DNA from: Felis catus
Lineage: Eukaryota
DNA: 64,000 bases
Assembly (NCBI RefSeq): GCF_018350175.1
Contig: NC_058368.1
Location: 94,800,001 to 94,864,000 of the forward strand
Reading direction: 5' to 3'
In this document: positions 63,841-64,000 of the stretch, piece by piece
Numbering within the stretch: the first letter of the stretch is position 1
Layout of the letters: every line of letters starts with the position of its first letter
Notes under the pieces: generated by a model
The model's input: the letters and a program-made list of their open reading frames with translations, nothing else
What the model was told of the DNA's origin: nothing
Database searches by the model: none
Made by a program: the position numbers and the translations under genes

Positions 63841-64000
63841 TTTGTTTTTGTTTTTGTTTATTGTTTTTATTTTGAGAGAGAGGGTGCATGAACTGGGGAA
63901 AGCCAGAGAGAAAGGGAGAGAGAGAATCCCAAGTAGGCTCTGGGCTGTCCACATGGAGCCGGACCCAGGACTCCATCCCATGATGGTGAGATCATGACGT
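63838..64000 (-). mobile_element. CanSINE, partial
   Basis: Reverse-complement tail and body at the window edge. Confidence 0.85.

Noticed and set aside
2116..63981. Many ORFs sharing GAWVAQSVK / SLEPASDSVSPSLS / ERERE motifs, resembling a repeated protein family
   Set aside because: All are translations of CanSINE copies.
1..64000. CRISPR array, operon or other novel multi-gene system
   Set aside because: Mammalian intron and intergenic DNA; no regularly spaced repeats and no coding content beyond the COMMD10 exons and TE remnants.

Overview
Mammalian genomic DNA, almost certainly a felid, judged from about 49 Felidae/carnivore-type tRNA-derived CanSINEs and carnivore L1 3' ends. The only protein-coding content I can support is the 3' end of COMMD10 on the + strand: a 60-bp penultimate exon (20978-21037) and a terminal exon (CDS 22216-22254, 3'UTR to about 23310). 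Positions 1-20977 are therefore the distal part of a long intron, and the rest is downstream intergenic DNA (towards SEMA6A by recalled human synteny; no SEMA6A sequence was seen). The window is dominated by transposable elements: CanSINEs, young and ancient L1s, MLT1 solo LTRs, Tigger/hAT DNA-transposon fossils, L2 and MIR. Nearly all ORFs in the track are repeat-derived or chance. I found no evidence of a novel multi-gene system. The most interesting signals are small scale: a SINE inserted at what appears to be the proximal poly(A) signal of COMMD10, several templated-insertion or fold-back repair scars, a twin-primed inverted L1, a tailless internal L1 fragment with a TSD, a four-level nested TE, and CpG-retaining candidate enhancers. 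Repeat subfamily names come from recalled consensus sequences, not a database search, and repeat boundaries are approximate.
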